A DNA stretch of 64,000 bases, from positions 1,491 through 65,490 of the forward strand of contig JAWXUC010000003.1 in the NCBI GenBank assembly GCA_044432975.1. Direction: 5' to 3'. Below, piece by piece: positions 19,770 through 29,668 of the stretch; the first letter of the stretch is position 1, and each line of letters starts with the position of its first letter. The translations under genes were made by a program, and so were the position numbers. The notes under the pieces are model-generated. The model was not told the origin of the DNA and made no database searches. It was given only the letters and a program-made list of their open reading frames with translations. Source of the stretch: Alphaproteobacteria bacterium. GTDB lineage: Bacteria > Pseudomonadota > Alphaproteobacteria > RF32 > CAG-239.

Positions 19770-19935
19770 AAAAGAATTTAGTAGTTAAAATAATTGGGGT
19801 TCTGTATGAGATTGAAAGGTGTTAAAAATAAAGTTTAATTAATACTATATAAAAAAATTAAGGCTTTTGTTTTTTTGTTGACTTTTGAACATAAAATAAT
19901 ATTATCCACTCAAATATATTTATAAAGGAATAATC

Positions 19936-21570
19936 ATGAGTTATATTGATAAAATTTTTAATAAACCATTACCTAGTGTTACAGAATTAGAAGCAAAATA
20001 TCCCAAGCGTAATCTTCCTGATGGTGCTAAGATAACTCGTTTTGCTCCATCTCCTACAGGGTTTATTCATATCGGCAGTTTTTACCCTGCTTTAATCAAC
20101 ATGTTTTTAGCTCGTCAAAGTAAAGGTGTTTTTATTTTGCGTATTGAAGATACAGACACAAAACGTGAAGTTGAAGGAGCTACAGAGTTACTTTGCAAAT
20201 CTTTAGCAGATTTTAACATCGTTGCAGATGAAGGATTTGACGGTAAAGGCAATGAAATGGGAAGTTATGGACCATACAAACAATCTCAACGTAAAGAAAT
20301 TTATCATACCTATATTAAACAAATGCTTATTGATGGCAAAGCTTATGTTTGTTTTGCTACTCCTGAAGAATTAGACTTAATTAGAAAAGAACAAGAAATT
20401 AAAGGTGTTCGTCCTGGTTATTATGGGCAATATGCAAAATATCGCAACTATCCTATTGAAGAAGTTGAAAGAAGACTTGATGCTGGAGACCCTTATGTAA
20501 TCAGATTTAAAAGCAATGGTGATTATTCTAAAAAAATATTAGCAGATGATGGATTAAAAGGTAAAATTCATTTCCCTGAAAATGATTTAGATATTGTTAT
20601 CATGAAAGCTGATGAACTTCCGACTTATCACTTTGCTCATGCTATTGATGATCATTTAATGGGAACAACAGATGTTATTCGTGGTGATGAATGGTTGGCC
20701 TCTCTTCCTTTGCATTTGCAACTTTTTGCAGAGCTTGGATTTAAAGCGCCCAAATATACTCACCATGCAACTATTCAAAAAATGGAAGATGGAGCAAAAA
20801 GAAAACTTTCTAAAAGAAAAGACCCTGAAGCTGATGTGAGATTTTATGACAAAGCAGGTTATCCTAGAGCTTCTGTTGTGGAATATTTATTAAACTTAAT
20901 AAATTCTTCTTTTGAAGATTGGAGAAGAGCAAATTGGGATAAGCCTTATCAAGACTTTGAAGTTAGTCTTAAAAAGCTTTCTCCTTCTGGTGCTTTGTTT
21001 GACTTTGTTAAACTAGACAGCGTTTCTAAAGAAGTTGTTGCCAGAATGAGCACAGATGAAATTTTTGAATTATCTTACAACTGGGCAAAAGCTTATGATG
21101 AAGAATTGTTTGCGTTAATGGATAATAACAAAGAATATGTAAAAGACATTTTATCTATTGAAAGAACAGGACTTAAGAACTCTAGAAAAGATATTGCTAA
21201 ATATGTTGATGTGTTAAAAGAAATTTCTTACTTCTTTGACGAAAAGTTTGAATTAACCAAAGAAGCTAGAGAAGAAATAAGCAATATCAAACACTCTGCT
21301 GAAATAGTTAAAGCTTATGTTGAAGATTTTAACATCAACGAAACTAAAGATGAATGGTTTGCAAAAATGCAAGCAATTGCTGAAAAATTTAATTTTGCTA
21401 AAAATGGTAAAGAATATAAAGCAAATCCTGAAGCTTTTAATGGCGATATTTCTCAAGTTGTAAAAGTATTTAGAATTTTAATAACTGGTAGATCACAAAG
21501 TCCTGATCTTAATGCTATAACTCACGTTATGGGCGAGGAAAGAATTTTGAAAAGACTAAAAGCTATATAA
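19936..21570 (+). CDS. gltX: Glutamyl-tRNA synthetase
   Basis: RFAPSPTG.HIG, RIEDTD, PTYHFA, KLSKR. Confidence 0.95.
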   Translation: MSYIDKIFNKPLPSVTELEAKYPKRNLPDGAKITRFAPSPTGFIHIGSFYPALINMFLARQSKGVFILRIEDTDTKREVEGATELLCKSLADFNIVADEGFDGKGNEMGSYGPYKQSQRKEIYHTYIKQMLIDGKAYVCFATPEELDLIRKEQEIKGVRPGYYGQYAKYRNYPIEEVERRLDAGDPYVIRFKSNGDYSKKILADDGLKGKIHFPENDLDIVIMKADELPTYHFAHAIDDHLMGTTDVIRGDEWLASLPLHLQLFAELGFKAPKYTHHATIQKMEDGAKRKLSKRKDPEADVRFYDKAGYPRASVVEYLLNLINSSFEDWRRANWDKPYQDFEVSLKKLSPSGALFDFVKLDSVSKEVVARMSTDEIFELSYNWAKAYDEELFALMDNNKEYVKDILSIERTGLKNSRKDIAKYVDVLKEISYFFDEKFELTKEAREEISNIKHSAEIVKAYVEDFNINETKDEWFAKMQAIAEKFNFAKNGKEYKANPEAFNGDISQVVKVFRILITGRSQSPDLNAITHVMGEERILKRLKAI

Positions 21571-21583
21571 TTAATATGTATTG

Positions 21584-21610
21584 AAAGCGTCGCAAAAGCG
21601 GCGCTTTTTT
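21584..21610 (+). terminator. Intrinsic terminator of gltX
   Basis: AAAGCGTCGC-AAAA-GCGGCGCTTTTTT. Confidence 0.8.
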
Positions 21611-21671
21611 GTTATAAAAAACAATTGCAAAATAAAAATATCAATTTATAGTAGTATTACTTCTTGAAGGC

Positions 21672-21810
21672 AAGAAGTGGTGTTTACAAAGCATCTCAAA
21701 CACAAGATCTCCACAAAGGTGGAGTATTCTGATGAGTTTTACTCAAAAGAATAGCTGTGTGTTTGCAGTTTTTGTAGCTCCACCACTTGAGAAATCAAGT
21801 GGTTATTTTT
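21672..21810 (+). ncRNA. Candidate structured leader RNA / attenuator
   Basis: Nested complementary blocks AAGTGGTG/CACCACTT, TACAAA/TTTGTA, CAAACACA/TGTGTTTG, CTCCAC/GTGGAG; competing terminator hairpin. Confidence 0.5.
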
Positions 21811-21828
21811 TATTATAAAGGAGTTGAT

Positions 21829-22242
21829 ATGGTTAAAGATAAAAAACTTGCTAGAGGCAGAAAACCAGATGGTAGCCCTAATGATATTGATATATATGTA
21901 GGCAATAAGTTAAAGCTAAGAAGAGGAATTTCAAGTACAAGTCAAGAAGATTTAACAACTAAACTAGGTATATCTTTTCAGCAAATTCAAAAATATGAAC
22001 GTGGCGCAAATAGAATATCTGCTAGTAGACTTTACAATATTGCGAAAAACCTTGGGGTTGAAATTCAAAACTTTTTTCCACCCATCAATTCAGATTATCA
22101 AGACCCAATGCAGGATGAAAAAGTTTTAGAACTAATTTATTATTTTAAGAAAATCCCAAACAAAACAGTGGCACAAACCTTTATTGAATTATTAAAAGTT
22201 ATGCATACAGAACAAATTTCTATGAACAGAAAAGAGTATTAG
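21829..22242 (+). CDS. XRE-family HTH regulator
   Basis: FQQIQKYERGANRISASRL; start moved to ATG 21829 after AAGGAG. Confidence 0.85.
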   Translation: MVKDKKLARGRKPDGSPNDIDIYVGNKLKLRRGISSTSQEDLTTKLGISFQQIQKYERGANRISASRLYNIAKNLGVEIQNFFPPINSDYQDPMQDEKVLELIYYFKKIPNKTVAQTFIELLKVMHTEQISMNRKEY

Positions 22243-22766
22243 CAAGATTCTAAAACTTTTAGGCCTGCGATGTAAGTGTTTAATAGGACTTTGATGTCTT
22301 GTGGGTTGTCTATTAACAAGTTTGAAACAGAAAACATGGAAACAACCAATAATCTTGTTGAAATTTTTCTTTGTTTAACACTCATATTTTTTAATAAAAG
22401 ACTAAATTCTTTATCAATATAGCTAATTACTTTTGTTATTGATTTTGAACTTTGCCATGATAAAGATTTGCTTAGCAAAGACCAAACAACCTCATTATTT
22501 TTAGCATATAGTACAAAAACATCGGCCATGCGATTAATATTAACATACGCATCATCTGTTTTTTTTACATTTTTAAGCTCTTGCAATAACTCTTCTAGAG
22601 TAACATCATTTTGAGCATTTACAAACTTATCCATAGTAGGAAAACGACCATAAAAATAACCAACAGATATGTCTAAGTGAGCAGATAGCTTTCTAACAGA
22701 AAGATAATCTAAACCTTTTTTTACAATTAACTCACGTCCTAAATTTATTATATTGTCTTTTTTCAT
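22239..22766 (-). CDS. TetR-like regulator
   Basis: N-terminal GLDYLSVRKLS...FYGRF HTH. Confidence 0.65.
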   Translation of the reverse strand: MKKDNIINLGRELIVKKGLDYLSVRKLSAHLDISVGYFYGRFPTMDKFVNAQNDVTLEELLQELKNVKKTDDAYVNINRMADVFVLYAKNNEVVWSLLSKSLSWQSSKSITKVISYIDKEFSLLLKNMSVKQRKISTRLLVVSMFSVSNLLIDNPQDIKVLLNTYIAGLKVLESC

Positions 22767-22811
22767 ATTTGCATTATAATAAAATTAAAATTAAAGTAAA
22801 GGAGTGTTTTT

Positions 22812-23657
22812 ATGAAAATTCTATTATTGTTAATAATTTGTTTTATTTCAACAAATTCTTATGCTCAGTTTTCTGCTGACTTTTTAATTACAGATGAAAT
22901 TAGACAACAAGAGGAAAATGAAATAAAAAAAGAAGAGCAAAAACAAAAAATGAATAAAGCAATTGAAGATGCTAGAGCACTCTCTGAAACAAAATTAAAA
23001 AAAATAAAAATAGATTCAGATGCTTTTTATAAAGACAAACCAAAACCTAAACCCAAACCTAAAAAGAAAAAAATTCTTACAATAGAACCATCCCCCGCTC
23101 CTTTCGGATTGCTTTGGGGAGCTAGCGCTGAAGAGATTGAAGCTGACATGGGTGTTAACTTAAAAAGATATAACTTACCTGAAAATGACAATGCTTTTGA
23201 AGCCTCTCTATTACCAAAACCATTAAAAGATTTTGGAAAAGTTGTTATTGTGTTTGGAGATACTGATAATTTATGGAGAACAATTGCTTATCAAGACACT
23301 TTTTTAGATGAAGCAGATGCCCCTAAACTATTAAAAGAATATAAAAACTATTATACTTTATTAAAAAGAAAATATGGTAGTGATAAAGAAACTTATATTC
23401 CTGCAAAAAAAATTGTTATAACAAAAGTTAAAAAAGAAGAAATAAAGACAGAGGTAGAAGAAGAAATCGGAAACCCAGAATTCTTAAAACAATTAAAATC
23501 TGGTGAAGCTGTTTTATATGCAACCTTTGAAAATGATGAAATAGCTGTAGTATTAAGCGCTAATGTAAATGACAACAACGAAGCTTATTTAGTTATTGAT
23601 TACAAAAATATAAAAGTTATTGAAGAAAAAGAAAAACTAATATTAAATACTTTATAA
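22812..23657 (+). CDS. Hypothetical secreted protein
   Basis: Signal peptide; APFGLLWG motif. Confidence 0.6.
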   Translation: MKILLLLIICFISTNSYAQFSADFLITDEIRQQEENEIKKEEQKQKMNKAIEDARALSETKLKKIKIDSDAFYKDKPKPKPKPKKKKILTIEPSPAPFGLLWGASAEEIEADMGVNLKRYNLPENDNAFEASLLPKPLKDFGKVVIVFGDTDNLWRTIAYQDTFLDEADAPKLLKEYKNYYTLLKRKYGSDKETYIPAKKIVITKVKKEEIKTEVEEEIGNPEFLKQLKSGEAVLYATFENDEIAVVLSANVNDNNEAYLVIDYKNIKVIEEKEKLILNTL

Positions 23658-23709
23658 TTTTATTAAAACAAATATTGCAAATAAAAAATAAAGTATCTAT
23701 ATTAAATTT

Positions 23710-24618
23710 ATGAAAAATTTATATAATATATTAGGAGTTTCTAAAAGTGCTACTGATGCAGAACTTAAATCTGCATACAGAAAGCTTGCTCGCAAATATC
23801 ACCCTGATGTTAATCAAGATAATAAAGATGCTGCAGATAAATTCAAAGAAGTGTCTGGCGCTTATGATGTATTAGGCGATAAAGAAAAACGCAAAAAATA
23901 TGACAATAATGAAATTGACGCCGATGGCAAACCAACAGGTTTTGGTGCTGGTGGATTTGGTAGCGGTTTTGGTGGTGAACAGCAATATTCTGGCAATCCT
24001 TTTGGCGGTGGTTTTGGCGGACAAAGCGCAGAATTTGATTTAAATGACATATTCTCCTCTGTTTTTGGAGGTGGATTTGGTGGGCAAACAAACCCCCAAC
24101 AAAGAAGAAGAACACCACAAAAAGGACAAGATATAAACTATACTTTAACTATCGACTTTTTATCAGCAATTAAAGGAGATGAGAAAGCAATCATTATTAA
24201 TGGTAAAAAAGTTAATGTAAAAATACCTAAAGAATCAATTAATGGGCAAACTCTTCGACTTAAAGAACTTGGAGAACCTAGTTTTTCTGGTGGGAAAAAC
24301 GGAGATGTTTTAATTACTCTAGATGTTTTGAAAGATAAATATTTTTCTTTAGATGGTAGCAACATCATATTAGACTTGCCAATATCTATCAAAGAAGCTT
24401 TGCTGGGTGCAAAAGTAACAGCTCCGATTGTTAATGGAAAAGTTAATCTTAACATCCCTCCTCTATCTTCTAGTGGTGATAAATTAAGACTTAAGGGCAA
24501 AGGGATTAAAGGTGGTGATCAAATTGTTATCCTAAAAATTATAAGCCCTAAAACAAAAAACAAACAACTAGAAAATGCTTTAGACAATATAGATAACTAT
24601 GTGGTGAGAGACTTTTAA
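23710..24618 (+). CDS. DnaJ class II / CbpA co-chaperone
   Basis: J domain with HPD, G/F region, no zinc finger. Confidence 0.9.
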   Translation: MKNLYNILGVSKSATDAELKSAYRKLARKYHPDVNQDNKDAADKFKEVSGAYDVLGDKEKRKKYDNNEIDADGKPTGFGAGGFGSGFGGEQQYSGNPFGGGFGGQSAEFDLNDIFSSVFGGGFGGQTNPQQRRRTPQKGQDINYTLTIDFLSAIKGDEKAIIINGKKVNVKIPKESINGQTLRLKELGEPSFSGGKNGDVLITLDVLKDKYFSLDGSNIILDLPISIKEALLGAKVTAPIVNGKVNLNIPPLSSSGDKLRLKGKGIKGGDQIVILKIISPKTKNKQLENALDNIDNYVVRDF

Positions 24619-25181
24619 TGCTTTTGGATTATCTTAAAGATTTTGAATGGGAAAATGAACCTTATGACATATCTTTTAATGAAAACGGGATGTTTGTTAA
24701 TGCAGAAGAAAATACTGACTTTTGGTTAAACAAATCTCAAAAAATTTGCAAAAACAACGCTCACTTTTTTTATACAAAAAAAATTACTGATTTTGAATGC
24801 AAAGCATCTTTTGAAATTAATGATTTTTCTGATTTTTCTCAATGCGGGATTATGATTAAAATAAATGAAAACAACGTTTTTAAAACATCTTTGATGAGCC
24901 AATCAAAAAACAATCCTAAAATAGGTTCTTCTTTAACTATTGCAGGTTTTTCTGATTGGGCTATATATCCACTCAATAAAATTGAAAATAAAATTTATTA
25001 TAAAATAAAAAAAGTAGATAATATTTTCTTTATATTCTACTCTACCGATAACATAAATTTTCATCAAATTAGACAATTCTCTTTTACAGAACCTTTAATT
25101 GATGTAAAAATAGGTGCTTATTTTGCAAGTCCAAGCAAAAAAACATATAAATCAGTGTTAAAATCTATTGAAATAAAATAA
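24618..25181 (+). CDS. DUF1349-like beta-sandwich protein
   Basis: TDFW, NAHF, QCGI, SDWA, G.Y.ASP. Confidence 0.7.
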   Translation: MLLDYLKDFEWENEPYDISFNENGMFVNAEENTDFWLNKSQKICKNNAHFFYTKKITDFECKASFEINDFSDFSQCGIMIKINENNVFKTSLMSQSKNNPKIGSSLTIAGFSDWAIYPLNKIENKIYYKIKKVDNIFFIFYSTDNINFHQIRQFSFTEPLIDVKIGAYFASPSKKTYKSVLKSIEIK

Positions 25182-25235
25182 TCTTAAATAATATTTAATA
25201 AATAACATATAAACTTTTTAGCAAAGGAGTTTATT

Positions 25236-26195
25236 ATGCCTAATGTTAATGATGTAAATTTTTCTGATATTTATGTGATATCTGAAAATGAAGTATATAT
25301 TCCAGACCCAAGATCTGCAACAGCTTTAATGGAGTTTCAGGCTCCTGATATGCATGAATTTTATCAAGCATTAAAAGATGGATATAAAAATTATTCTAGT
25401 TATTCTGTGAATTTTAAGGGAACAGTATATAGAATTGAAAGAGTTATGAATATTTATGGGGAGCAGTTTTGTGGCAGAAAAATGCCTAATTCAATTCCTC
25501 CTTTTGCAACTTTAGGATTCCCTATTCCTTTAACAACAAATTTATTATCTTTAAGTAACAAGACTGGGCTTATCTTACTTGCAGGACCTACAGGTGGTGG
25601 AAAAACAACAACTTGCTCTTCTTTATTAAAGGAATACCTGAACCGTGAAGGCGGATTCGCATATACAATTGAAGATCCTGCAGAAATGCCTTTGGATGGA
25701 AAATGTGTTTCTGTAAAGGGTGGTATTGGAGTTTGTAAACAGACAGAACCTGTTGCTGAAGATTGGGGTGGATCATTAAAATCTGCTTTACGTTCAAAAC
25801 CTAGATTCATTTTTGTAGGAGAGATTAGAACACCTGAAACAGCTTCTGAAGTTTTGCGTGCTGCAACATCAGGGCACCTTGTTCTTTCTACAATTCACGC
25901 AAACAACATTCAAGATGCTATTAATTCTGTTGTAAAATATGCCTCTGCAACAGAACTTAGTGAAGATTTGGCTTATGACTTGTTTTCTAGAGGAATGCAA
26001 TGTGTAATACATCAAACTCTTCATGGAATTGGAGTTAAAAGACCTGATGTTAGTTTCTTGTTTGCAAATTCTGACAATTCTCAAGGGTGCGCAATTAGAG
26101 GAAACATAAAAACTGGTAAATTAAACCTTGCAACAGCAATTGAAACACAAGCAGTTAGGCTTGCTAGAGGTATTCCGCTATTTCAGGAATTTTAA
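25236..26195 (+). CDS. PilT/DotB-like secretion ATPase
   Basis: GPTGGGKTT, TIEDPAE, ALR.KP, VGEIR, GHLVLSTIH. Confidence 0.85.
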   Translation: MPNVNDVNFSDIYVISENEVYIPDPRSATALMEFQAPDMHEFYQALKDGYKNYSSYSVNFKGTVYRIERVMNIYGEQFCGRKMPNSIPPFATLGFPIPLTTNLLSLSNKTGLILLAGPTGGGKTTTCSSLLKEYLNREGGFAYTIEDPAEMPLDGKCVSVKGGIGVCKQTEPVAEDWGGSLKSALRSKPRFIFVGEIRTPETASEVLRAATSGHLVLSTIHANNIQDAINSVVKYASATELSEDLAYDLFSRGMQCVIHQTLHGIGVKRPDVSFLFANSDNSQGCAIRGNIKTGKLNLATAIETQAVRLARGIPLFQEF

Positions 26196-26274
26196 ATTTA
26201 TCTATATATAGCTAAAAACATCTAAAGCTTAAAAATAAAAAAAGGAACGGTTTTGACCGTTCCATATATTATTT

Positions 26275-26454
26275 TAACGCGAGGTTCGTATTTGCGCTGA
26301 TTATTTATTAAAAACAATGGATTTATTCAGAATTTGGTTTTGTATGACGGGGTCTTGCTCCCGCCTTTTGGCACTGCGTAACGGCGGGAACAAGACCCGC
26401 CCTACAGTAAATAGTGTAAAAAAGCACTTATTTTTTTATACGAATCTCGTGTTA
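26275..26454. mobile_element. MITE copy A (about 180 bp)
   Basis: Terminal inverted repeats TAACGCGAGGTTCGTA / TACGAATCTCGTGTTA; central GC hairpin. Confidence 0.75.
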
Positions 26455-26880
26455 TTTTAATGTTTTGTTTGTGTATTGCGTTAAACCATTATACAAGCTA
26501 GATTGGTAGTTATTATACATTTGGTTATATTTTGTATCATATTCATAACTTGTATCATATATATCTTGATATGCATCATTAATCATTCCTGTTTGGCCTG
26601 CGGCTGCTGAACCATCTTGAGATATTCCTAACGCGCTTAAGCTTGCTTTTTTTGATGCTAATTGTTGTTCTAACAAATTTCTTCTATTATTAACAGCGCT
26701 TTCTTGTTGCTGTTTTAATAGTTTCATTTGAGCTTTTTGTGAATTTGTATTATTTAATAAGCTTGCGATACCTGTTCCTATTGTAATAGCTGTACCTACG
26801 CCGCTTAACGCACTTGCTCCTGCTCCTGCGCTTGCTCCGCCGCCTGTTGCCGCTGATGCAGAACTTGTTGTTCCTCCCAT
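26452..26880 (-). CDS. Putative internal virion protein
   Basis: G/A/S-rich N-terminus and coiled coil; follows tail tubular genes. Confidence 0.5.
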   Translation of the reverse strand: MGGTTSSASAATGGGASAGAGASALSGVGTAITIGTGIASLLNNTNSQKAQMKLLKQQQESAVNNRRNLLEQQLASKKASLSALGISQDGSAAAGQTGMINDAYQDIYDTSYEYDTKYNQMYNNYQSSLYNGLTQYTNKTLK

Positions 26881-26881
26881 A

Positions 26882-28786
26882 TTATCCTCCTTTTGTTGCT
26901 GTTTTTATGTTATTTACTACTGACAATAATGTAAAAGCATAAGGCTCGACACCATGAATGCTCCACATTGGTTTTTCAAGACTACGAATCCACCCCAAAC
27001 CTTTGACTTCAACATCTCCGTTATAGGTTGTTGGAACACTATCCATTAAATTGTCTTTATTTAATTTACTTAACGGAACTTCTACATATTTATCATTATA
27101 CATTAATCTTAATGACTGAGAATTTATTATTCTAAATTGACTATCTATTAATCTATATGATTTTGGGGAATAATAATTACTCCCTTCAACAGTCAATGGT
27201 AAAGGTTCTATAATATGCTCATATTCATATCCATATTTTACATTTGTTGCGCCATAAATTAAATCTATTTTACCATTAATGACTTCATATATTCCGACAT
27301 CAAAGTCATCTGCTAAGACTCTTACTTCTTGTCCTTCAAAAATATCATTAATTTCAATTTCTGTTTGTTTTTCATCAAAGTTTATTTCAAACGAACAATC
27401 TGTATAAAAATCTGAGCTTTGTTTTTCAAGATAATAATTATTATTTCTATTTATAACAAAATATACATCTTCACCAACAATTGCTACAGATTCATATTTG
27501 CCTTTTGTGTGTAATTTTGACCAGCCTGATACCTCTTCTGTTCTGTATGAGGTATAAGAAGAGACGCTTCCATCTGCAAGCACAATGTATAAAACACACG
27601 TATTTTTATCAAAAGCGAATGTGATTGGGTTTGACATTATATCTGGTGCCATTAAGCATAAATCTTTGCCTTGATATGCTTGTTCTACATCTGAAAACAA
27701 AAACTCTCTTAACTGTTTTCCGTTTGATGAAACAAAGATATTAGCACCATCAATGTTTTGAGGCTGCATGGTTGTTGTTCTGTATGAACCAACTGCTGTT
27801 TGCTCACTTAAATAAATTGAGGTTGGGGTTAATGGTTCTCCTGTTACCATCCATTCACTTCCTGTTGTGAAAACTAACAAATGTCTTGTAGAAATAACAT
27901 TTTCAATTGCATTTACCTGATCAGAAAGAATTGCAAACTCTATTGATTCATCATCTAATCCTGTTCCTAAATCAAAATTAAATAAGTCTGATGAACAAGA
28001 AAGCCACAATCTATTTGGCAAACTTTTAGAGCCTCCAATAACCGTTCTGCCTTGATGGAATGTTACTGAACGAGGATATCCCCTCATTGGTGAAAATGAG
28101 CTTTCTTCCCAGTCTGATGTTTTACTAACACTTGATAAACTTGCGCTTACAATACCTTTTATGCTTGTGGCGCTCACATATTCTGTAACCTCTAACTGAC
28201 CGTCATTAATTTTAATTCTAACACCTACATAATCTTCTGTAAAAATTTCTGATGCGGCAGTTAAAGTTATTGTGCCTGTTTTAGCAGACGGTGTTACATC
28301 GACATCATAACTGTGAAAGTTATAATATGGGCAATAAACAAAACCATCATCATCTTCATAATATGTCCAGGGGTTAATTTCCCAGACTTCATCATTGCCT
28401 CGAGTTATTTTTTGAGGTTCAACGTCTTCATGAACAACAAGCAAAGTATCTGCACTTTGCGTAAAGTTTAATTTATCTAATTGGCTTGTGCTATATGGTG
28501 TTGTTAAAGTTGCAATTAACTCATCATTTTTAAAAACTTTTAATTGATAATGAGAAAATGACAATAAATATGTTTGGGTTTCATTAAATTCAAAAGAAAT
28601 TAATTTGGTTGTTGCTTCTAAATCGGCAATAAATTTTGTACCCGTTCTTCTTGAGACACCACCTGTTGGAGCAATTGTTACATTAGTCAATGTTCTTGCG
28701 CCATTTTCATAAAGTGTTAATTCTCCCCTACCATATAATTCTTTTGAAATTTGCCCTGAAGTAAAATTTGTTTTTATATGTAACAT
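26882..28786 (-). CDS. Tail tubular protein B / nozzle-like
   Basis: TNFTSGQIS, GGVSRRTG, QSADTL, YPRSVTFHQGR. Confidence 0.75.
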   Translation of the reverse strand: MLHIKTNFTSGQISKELYGRGELTLYENGARTLTNVTIAPTGGVSRRTGTKFIADLEATTKLISFEFNETQTYLLSFSHYQLKVFKNDELIATLTTPYSTSQLDKLNFTQSADTLLVVHEDVEPQKITRGNDEVWEINPWTYYEDDDGFVYCPYYNFHSYDVDVTPSAKTGTITLTAASEIFTEDYVGVRIKINDGQLEVTEYVSATSIKGIVSASLSSVSKTSDWEESSFSPMRGYPRSVTFHQGRTVIGGSKSLPNRLWLSCSSDLFNFDLGTGLDDESIEFAILSDQVNAIENVISTRHLLVFTTGSEWMVTGEPLTPTSIYLSEQTAVGSYRTTTMQPQNIDGANIFVSSNGKQLREFLFSDVEQAYQGKDLCLMAPDIMSNPITFAFDKNTCVLYIVLADGSVSSYTSYRTEEVSGWSKLHTKGKYESVAIVGEDVYFVINRNNNYYLEKQSSDFYTDCSFEINFDEKQTEIEINDIFEGQEVRVLADDFDVGIYEVINGKIDLIYGATNVKYGYEYEHIIEPLPLTVEGSNYYSPKSYRLIDSQFRIINSQSLRLMYNDKYVEVPLSKLNKDNLMDSVPTTYNGDVEVKGLGWIRSLEKPMWSIHGVEPYAFTLLSVVNNIKTATKGG

Positions 28787-29355
28787 TAGCCCCTCACGTC
28801 TATTAATGAAAAATCTTCAAAAGTTTTTGTTGTTGATTGTTGAGCATCTATTAATTTTGCTCGTTTGAAATCATCCTCAAAACGTTTTAACAAAAACTCT
28901 GCTCTTGATGTGCTTTCTGTTAATGATAAACAAAAATCTGAGGCTAATTTGCCAATTAACATTTCTACAAAAAAGCTTGGCATAGATTCTTCTTCTACAC
29001 TTGCAACATATTGAATCACAATATCATTTACATTTGAATATAATTTGTTTTCACTTATTACATAACTAAGTCCTCTAGTTCTGTTGTCATATCCTGCTGA
29101 AATTACTCTTAAGCAATCTGTTGGTAAAAAATAGGCATATTGAAAATCTGCTATAGGTGCTTCTTCTAACTTGTTTAGTTTTTGTTGTCTTAAAGCAAAA
29201 TTCCACGGATATGATGAGATTAAAGAATTTTTAATAATGCTATATAAATTTTTTGCAACCTCTGCTTCTGCGGTAGATTCTTCAAAAGATGATATTGAAC
29301 TTCCGCCAATTCTGATTAATGCATTTGAACATATATCTATATCTGTATATGCCAT
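28786..29355 (-). CDS. Tail tubular protein A / adaptor-like
   Basis: DICSNAL..IG, YPWNFA, LPTDCLRV. Confidence 0.75.
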   Translation of the reverse strand: MAYTDIDICSNALIRIGGSSISSFEESTAEAEVAKNLYSIIKNSLISSYPWNFALRQQKLNKLEEAPIADFQYAYFLPTDCLRVISAGYDNRTRGLSYVISENKLYSNVNDIVIQYVASVEEESMPSFFVEMLIGKLASDFCLSLTESTSRAEFLLKRFEDDFKRAKLIDAQQSTTKTFEDFSLIDVRG

Positions 29356-29415
29356 TTTTTTCTCCCTTAAAATAAATAAAAAGGCGAGAGCAAACCCCCG
29401 CCTTACAAGTTTTCA

Positions 29416-29664
29416 TTATGCTTCTTCGCTAACTTCTGGAATTATACTTAAAACAGTTACTACTCCGTCTGTTGAACTAGACACACTCAAGATATCTGCA
29501 GTACCATTTACGTTTGCTAAAATCATATCACCTGTTTTAATATATGATGATGCATCGTTAAAATATCCTGTTGAAGTTATTGAACTATCTGTTGTTGTAT
29601 AGTTAAACAAGCTAAAGCCGTTTGCATAAGCTAAAACGCTTAAATTTGTGTTGTTAAATGCCAT
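29416..29664 (-). CDS. Small phage structural protein
   Basis: LSVLAYANGF, GYFNDA, GDMI; directly after capsid gene. Confidence 0.6.
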   Translation of the reverse strand: MAFNNTNLSVLAYANGFSLFNYTTTDSSITSTGYFNDASSYIKTGDMILANVNGTADILSVSSSTDGVVTVLSIIPEVSEEA

Positions 29665-29668
29665 GGTA

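Noticed and set aside
19556-19785. Plasmid iterons or replication origin
   Set aside because: No rep gene or DnaA-box cluster was recognised nearby.
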